Of a DNA stretch of 49,085 nucleotides, positions 44,150-49,085 are shown in pieces. The stretch lies in UHGV virus genome UHGV-0323165; one strand, written 5' to 3'. Each line of letters begins with the position of its first letter. The stretch's first letter is position 1. The stretch comes from a virus. The notes below the pieces were generated by a model. That model was not told where the DNA came from. It did no database searches and saw only the letters and a program-made list of their open reading frames with translations. The position numbers and the translations under genes are program-made.

Positions 44150-46774
44150 CACCTTGTATGAAATGTTGATTTCAGTCCAACCAGCCGTTGCACTTTTGTA
44201 CTGCTCTCCCACAACTAACTGTCCATTTGGCCTTGCGTAAACCTGACAGACACCCAAAGCCCCGGCATCCCTGGAAAAACAAGTAGCAGCAACCTGCTGT
44301 GGAGGTAGTGCAAAATCAGGAATACTCATGACAGAGGTGTTAGCTGCCCCACCAACAATGGCACCAGTAATGTATACCGTGTCATCAATTCTGGAGACAG
44401 TGGGAAGGCCATAAGTGGTTTCTGCGTAAGCCGTTACCCCGCTTGCCAGATTGGCAAGATGCGAGATGGAAGCTTCACTCGGAGATGTAAGCTCACGGGA
44501 AAGTGCCGACATAAATGCAGCGGCTATAGCTATTTGCCCCCTTGTGTTTGGGTGGATATTGTCATTCATCCACATATCACTAAACCTGTCAGTGTTGTTA
44601 AATGCCCCTAAATACCCGTAGTTTTCCCCAAAGAAATCGTCAGGAAACGCCAAAGCGAATCCATTTGCATCACACGCCCAGCGAAGAACTGCCTGGTATT
44701 GAGCGATCTGTACCATGTTTACTGGTGCATTGCCGCCGCCAGTAATAGTGGAAGATGTATATTTAGGGAACATACCAAAAATCGGGAATGCTCCATCGGA
44801 AAGAACCTTATTCCCGAAAGTAACAACGTCATTGTAATACTGCGACAACCCAACATTACCCTGACAGTCATTTGTTCCCAGTTGAATGAGAACATAGTCA
44901 GAGCCGGTGAAGTTATAGTTAGCAATATTGATAACAAAATCACGAAGACGCCACCCTGAAACTGATGTGTTGGTAACCGATCTGATTCGTCCGATGCCAG
45001 GCATGTGCTCGCCATAGGCCTCTAACAGACGCGGCCATTCATTCGATGATCGCGCACCTCGGGTTATGCTGTCTCCGACACAGGTAAGCGTCTTTGGCAT
45101 TGCATATGGGTTCAGCTTACGGTTTTTATGATGCCCGTACTTGATACGCATACTACCGCGGGCATTCTGATCCATAACTACGATGCCTTCTCTAACAAAA
45201 GTGCTCGAAGTGCTCATTGTATGAATCAACTTACCGTTTAAGGTAAGCCCTATTTTTCTAGCATCAAGCATGCGCACGCCTGCACGTACCCCATTATTAG
45301 CACCAGCCTTAATGATTTCAGCAGGATGATATACAGTTATCGTTCGTACGGTGCTGTTACCATTAGTGAATACAATGTTCGTGCTATCAGTATCGGCAGT
45401 TGTAGTAGTAATGGTCATGCGCATACCCAGGGTTGTGCTCGACCCGCCAGCATGCCCCAGCATTTTTGCTCCTACAAAGATAGTCCCTGAGGATCCATTA
45501 CCAGAATTCTCCAGAAGTACTTCAAACTCTGACCCTGTTTTAAGCGCGAAGCTAACACCCTGCCATGAAGATCCTGCAGCCGCTGCATCTGACCAGAAAA
45601 TTTGGTCAGCCTGAATTGTCATACCCGTACCAGTGTATGTGTAGTTGATACCAGATGAGTTGACATCAAGAGAGCTATACTGAATTGCGCGCGCGGTTTG
45701 CGTAAAGTTCATTGGTAGCGTTTTCGCTCCAATTCCGTTCACTGCCGTGGCGATAGCAGTTGCGATTGCAGACTTTAGATCGTAATCATTCGAGCCGCGT
45801 TTAGTGGTGTAATCAGTACTTGAAGTAGGCGTGGTCTGGTTAAAAACAACGTCACTTTTAAGGCGTGGTTTCTTACCTTCGTCGTCGTTCGTTGCTCCAT
45901 TATGGATGACAACTCCGGGGTCTGAAGAAATCCATGACTGCGCCCAGTTATACGAGTACGCCGCATCAATCAGATAGTGAGCGCTCGTCCAGCCGTCAGG
46001 CAAAGGGAAATGAATAACGCCGTTCGTGCCAACGCTTGCCTGAGCTTTAGCAAACATAGCCGCGCTGTCAGTCATTGAGCCGGAATAAGCAGCTTCAGGA
46101 CGAATACCAAAAACCCTGGCGTCAAAGACATTACCTGACTGCTGAAGTATCCAGCGCCCTGTCGTTACGCCATTGGCTGCAACCACCCTGCCGCCATCAT
46201 CAGTGGCAGTCGATGTCGCAGACCAGACATATGTCTCCAGTTTGCTGGCAGGGCGATCAGCGTAATAACCAAGCAGCAGGATTTTCTGCCCGTCATACTC
46301 AGGCACAACAGTTCGCAGTTCTGTCATGCTTGAGCAGGAGCCAATTAACTTAAATCCATCCTTCGCAGACACCTGCCCTCGCAAAACAGCATCACCAACG
46401 CTCAACCATTTACCCGGTCCGATCCCACCAGTAGATTCCGGTGTTGAGTTAGCAGGAACTACCTTTGGTCCGCCAGCAAACGAACCCGTCCATTTGTAAT
46501 AGCTGTTATCTGCTGTATTGAATAAAACCTCGTTAGGATTATTCAGGGTAGCGCCAGTTGTGAATGTAACACCTGTAAGCGGGACGTAGCCAAAGGCATT
46601 CATCACCTGCTGGGCAAGATAATTAACACCTTCGATGGTGTAGTGTTTAACTCCGAAACGGTCGGTATATGTCCAGCCCATCGATGTAACGTACTCATCG
46701 ATTTTTCCGGCATTAAACTTCAGGTCGATAGGTGATTCACTTGGAACTGGCAGATTTGTTGGTGTAGTGGCCAT
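44147..46774 (-). CDS. tailspike / side tail fiber-like protein with C-terminal SGNH (GDSL) hydrolase domain
   Basis: 875 aa. Conserved phage-fiber-like N-terminus. The C-terminus carries a GDSIT motif (CVGDSITRG), a GTND motif and a DNIHPN motif typical of SGNH esterases. Follows J, after a terminator. Confidence 0.65.
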   Translation of the reverse strand: MATTPTNLPVPSESPIDLKFNAGKIDEYVTSMGWTYTDRFGVKHYTIEGVNYLAQQVMNAFGYVPLTGVTFTTGATLNNPNEVLFNTADNSYYKWTGSFAGGPKVVPANSTPESTGGIGPGKWLSVGDAVLRGQVSAKDGFKLIGSCSSMTELRTVVPEYDGQKILLLGYYADRPASKLETYVWSATSTATDDGGRVVAANGVTTGRWILQQSGNVFDARVFGIRPEAAYSGSMTDSAAMFAKAQASVGTNGVIHFPLPDGWTSAHYLIDAAYSYNWAQSWISSDPGVVIHNGATNDDEGKKPRLKSDVVFNQTTPTSSTDYTTKRGSNDYDLKSAIATAIATAVNGIGAKTLPMNFTQTARAIQYSSLDVNSSGINYTYTGTGMTIQADQIFWSDAAAAGSSWQGVSFALKTGSEFEVLLENSGNGSSGTIFVGAKMLGHAGGSSTTLGMRMTITTTTADTDSTNIVFTNGNSTVRTITVYHPAEIIKAGANNGVRAGVRMLDARKIGLTLNGKLIHTMSTSSTFVREGIVVMDQNARGSMRIKYGHHKNRKLNPYAMPKTLTCVGDSITRGARSSNEWPRLLEAYGEHMPGIGRIRSVTNTSVSGWRLRDFVINIANYNFTGSDYVLIQLGTNDCQGNVGLSQYYNDVVTFGNKVLSDGAFPIFGMFPKYTSSTITGGGNAPVNMVQIAQYQAVLRWACDANGFALAFPDDFFGENYGYLGAFNNTDRFSDMWMNDNIHPNTRGQIAIAAAFMSALSRELTSPSEASISHLANLASGVTAYAETTYGLPTVSRIDDTVYITGAIVGGAANTSVMSIPDFALPPQQVAATCFSRDAGALGVCQVYARPNGQLVVGEQYKSATAGWTEINISYKV

Positions 46775-46784
46775 ATATTTTCCA

Positions 46785-46810
46785 TAAAAAAACCCGGCGC
46801 AGTGGCCGGG
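46785..46810 (-). terminator. rho-independent terminator after the J-like gene
   Basis: Minus strand cccggc-cactgc-gccggg hairpin followed by T8. Confidence 0.55.
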
Positions 46811-46831
46811 TTGGGATTGTCGGGAAATGTC

Positions 46832-49085
46832 TTATTGGTAGATGGCGTCGCTGTATTCCGCGACAGTCAGGGAGACTGTGTTATCGGTGTTCGGTTTGAT
46901 GCTGTTGACCGTCCATAGCTGGCTGTCCAGTTCCTCCACCGTCGCAATGAGATAACGCGACGGGAGTTGCACTGTATCTCCGTTCCAGATGTTGAGTTGA
47001 ATGTCTGGTATTGCTGCAGTAAATCCGTACTTCGTGTCGCTGCGGGCCGCCGCAGGATAGCGCAGTGTCGGGTTGCCCAGGCTGTCGGTCACAAGCACAT
47101 ACATTGAACCGGTAAACGTGATCGGCTCGCTGGTATCGAAGTTATTCCCGGCGCGGCCGGTGATGTAACCCTGCTGCTGGTTGCTGTCGTAAATATCAGC
47201 TATCTGCACGACGCTACCGACCTGGATAATACCGTCCTCAAACACCTTTGCGTTCATTTTCACCCTGGAGTAGATCAGGCGTTTCGTTTCTCGCAGGGCA
47301 CGCTCCCGCGCCTGGTACTCATTTCGGAAGCCGACTATCTCCAGTTTGTTCGGGTTCTCCGCTTCCTGTTCGACGATGACGCCGTTCAGCACGCGGTAGT
47401 TGATGTACGTCTTGTTGTTCGTTGTAGGGTGGACGTATGACACCTGCACGCCGTCATAACCGCCTGGCAGCGTGGCCTCGTACGTCATTTTGTACTCGTC
47501 CGTCTTCATGTTAGCCCGGTTGAATACGGCAGCCGGGTAATCAACTTTTTGGTCCCGGGTAAACGTCAGCACGCCGTCGTCCCAGTACGCCACCACAGAC
47601 GCCGCATTGCAGATCGCCTGCACGCGGTCACCAAGCGAGTCGTTCTCGTCGTCGAACGTGTAGTCGAAGTAACCCAGGCGCTCATCAGGCAGGCTTTCAG
47701 CGATCGAGTACAGTCCGTACAGGTCAATGCTGCTTACCGGCTGCTCGCCCATAACCAGCCATGTGTGCGCCACCGCATCAGCGAACGAGCGCGAAGGACG
47801 CAGCGTGTAATCCACCGTCTGCGTGTCAAGGTTGTATGTGATTGTGTGCCGGGTCACCAGCGCGTTATATTTGCGCTCGCGGCTACCCAGCGCGTTCTCG
47901 GTCGCCCTCACTTTCACCCGCACCAGCGTGTCTGTAGGATGAACGACGTTTGTCCGGATGTTGATGCTGTGGATCTCTTCGACCTTCAGCAGACTTGCAT
48001 CGCTGGAGTTATCTGTGCGCTGGAAGCTGACCGCGTATTTCCCAAAGCCCCCTGAAGGCGTGATTTTGTCAGTGCGGTAGAACACCTCACTTGTGGAATC
48101 ATGCGGGGTCGTCTGCCGGTATGTGAAAGTCTGCTGGGTGCCTGGCACCTGGTTATAGTCGTCGTCGATTTTCCAGATGACTACCTTCCAGTTCGTTTCC
48201 TTATTTCCTCCAAGGCTGGACTGGGTATGCAGCCACAACTGCGTTGACTCGACAGGGGAGAAGAACGGTCCGACGATCAGAGCCTCGTTGTCATTGAGGA
48301 TGAACTTCGTGGTGTTTATCGTCGCGTTGGCCGGGATATCCTGTGGACCATCAAGCTGGTTCATCGTGAAGGTGTACCAGCGAACCGGGTTAACCACCGC
48401 GCCGTCGTTTGTTTCGACAGCGGAGATCAGTGTGCCTGAGAATGTTGCATCCTTCGTTACACTGCCAGATGCGGTGTTGTACGTCACGTTTATCGTGAAG
48501 GTCACTGCATGCGGAAGTACGAGCCCCATGAAGTAATCGAACTCGGCCTGTTTAATGATTTTCATCGCAATCTGGCCGCCGGAATACGTTCCGCTGACCA
48601 CTGTTGTTGCGGTGGCTGTTTCGATAGGGAAGTCGCTGGCTTCGTTCTGCCCGGGAACCTCCTGCCCGTCGACATCATCGAACCCGTACCCCTCGACGAT
48701 CTGCGGGATGACTTCGCCCGGCTGGAAGAACTGGAATTCCGCACCAGCCAGAGAGCCCAGGCTTGATTCTGAGTAGCGCACAGACTCGTAATCGTATTTG
48801 CCGATCCCGATGCACATCCACTCTGTGACGTACTTCAGGCCGCCGTCGGTAGACGTCTGGTGAACGTATTCGAATACCGACTCCTGAATCAGGTCCGGGA
48901 ACGAACGAATCTGTCCGTAGATGTCCGGCTTGGCTTTGTAGACGCGTGCGGTGTTTGTCTGACCGGTCAGGCTATTGTTCGGTGAATCGACGGAGTTGCC
49001 GCCGTTATTGGCGATTGCAGGCTTCGGTGCCAGGAACGAAAACACCTGGCCCACTACTTTAAAGATCGGGCTCAGGATGTCGCCG
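46832..49085 (-). CDS. host specificity protein J-like central tail fiber, C-terminal roughly 750 aa (5' end beyond window)
   Basis: The frame remains open to the right window edge. The M at 49054 in the ORF track is an internal GTG. Large beta-rich protein in the position expected for J. Confidence 0.85.
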   Translation of the reverse strand, partial: GDILSPIFKVVGQVFSFLAPKPAIANNGGNSVDSPNNSLTGQTNTARVYKAKPDIYGQIRSFPDLIQESVFEYVHQTSTDGGLKYVTEWMCIGIGKYDYESVRYSESSLGSLAGAEFQFFQPGEVIPQIVEGYGFDDVDGQEVPGQNEASDFPIETATATTVVSGTYSGGQIAMKIIKQAEFDYFMGLVLPHAVTFTINVTYNTASGSVTKDATFSGTLISAVETNDGAVVNPVRWYTFTMNQLDGPQDIPANATINTTKFILNDNEALIVGPFFSPVESTQLWLHTQSSLGGNKETNWKVVIWKIDDDYNQVPGTQQTFTYRQTTPHDSTSEVFYRTDKITPSGGFGKYAVSFQRTDNSSDASLLKVEEIHSINIRTNVVHPTDTLVRVKVRATENALGSRERKYNALVTRHTITYNLDTQTVDYTLRPSRSFADAVAHTWLVMGEQPVSSIDLYGLYSIAESLPDERLGYFDYTFDDENDSLGDRVQAICNAASVVAYWDDGVLTFTRDQKVDYPAAVFNRANMKTDEYKMTYEATLPGGYDGVQVSYVHPTTNNKTYINYRVLNGVIVEQEAENPNKLEIVGFRNEYQARERALRETKRLIYSRVKMNAKVFEDGIIQVGSVVQIADIYDSNQQQGYITGRAGNNFDTSEPITFTGSMYVLVTDSLGNPTLRYPAAARSDTKYGFTAAIPDIQLNIWNGDTVQLPSRYLIATVEELDSQLWTVNSIKPNTDNTVSLTVAEYSDAIYQ

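Noticed and set aside
1-49085. CRISPR arrays, rRNA genes and IS or transposase genes
   Set aside because: No direct-repeat and spacer periodicity, rRNA-like segments or transposase ORFs were seen. Mobile-element content is limited to the two HNH endonucleases.

Overview
This window is a nearly complete temperate lambdoid siphovirus genome of the enterobacterial type. About 49 kb is present of a circle I estimate at roughly 51 kb. The map is a reversed lambda map, and the window wraps around it: it opens in the tail-assembly genes (I/K-like) on the minus strand and closes inside the J-like central tail fiber gene, which is still open at the right edge. Minus-strand structural and lysis block (1-19 kb): I/K/L/M-like tail genes, tape measure, a G/GT-position gene, major tail protein with a Big_2 domain, neck proteins, an inserted HNH endonuclease, major capsid, protease/scaffold, head morphogenesis protein, portal, an AT-rich moron, TerL, TerS, a metallopeptidase-like protein, spanins, a GH108 endolysin and two holins. 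Minus-strand late and nin block (19-25 kb): a Q-like gene, NinG, the lambda-type Ser/Thr phosphatase, NinB, and small ASCH- and DUF551-like genes. Replication module (25.7-27.6 kb): a DnaC-like loader, an O-like initiator carrying five 17-bp iterons, and a ClpX zinc-finger mini-protein. Immunity region (28.2-30.5 kb): a divergent cro-like gene and an S24 cI repressor around three ATAAC-N4-GTTAT operators, a fourth copy at a putative pL, and a lower-GC two-gene cassette co-transcribed with cI at the rexAB position. That cassette is the best candidate here for an undescribed superinfection-exclusion or abortive-infection system. Plus-strand early-left block (30.9-41.2 kb): unknown genes, a RecT and YqaJ-like exonuclease pair, a fused C5-cytosine plus N6-adenine methyltransferase, a DUF4406 protein, a TraR-like protein, a second HNH-AP2 endonuclease, xis and int. 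b-region (41.4-46.8 kb): a UmuD'-like serine-less S24 fragment in a two-gene operon, an AT-rich OafA-type O-antigen acyltransferase, and an 875-aa tailspike-like protein with a C-terminal SGNH esterase domain. No CRISPR array, rRNA or complete tRNA was found. A tRNA-like T-arm/acceptor fragment lies between two terminators upstream of the holin.
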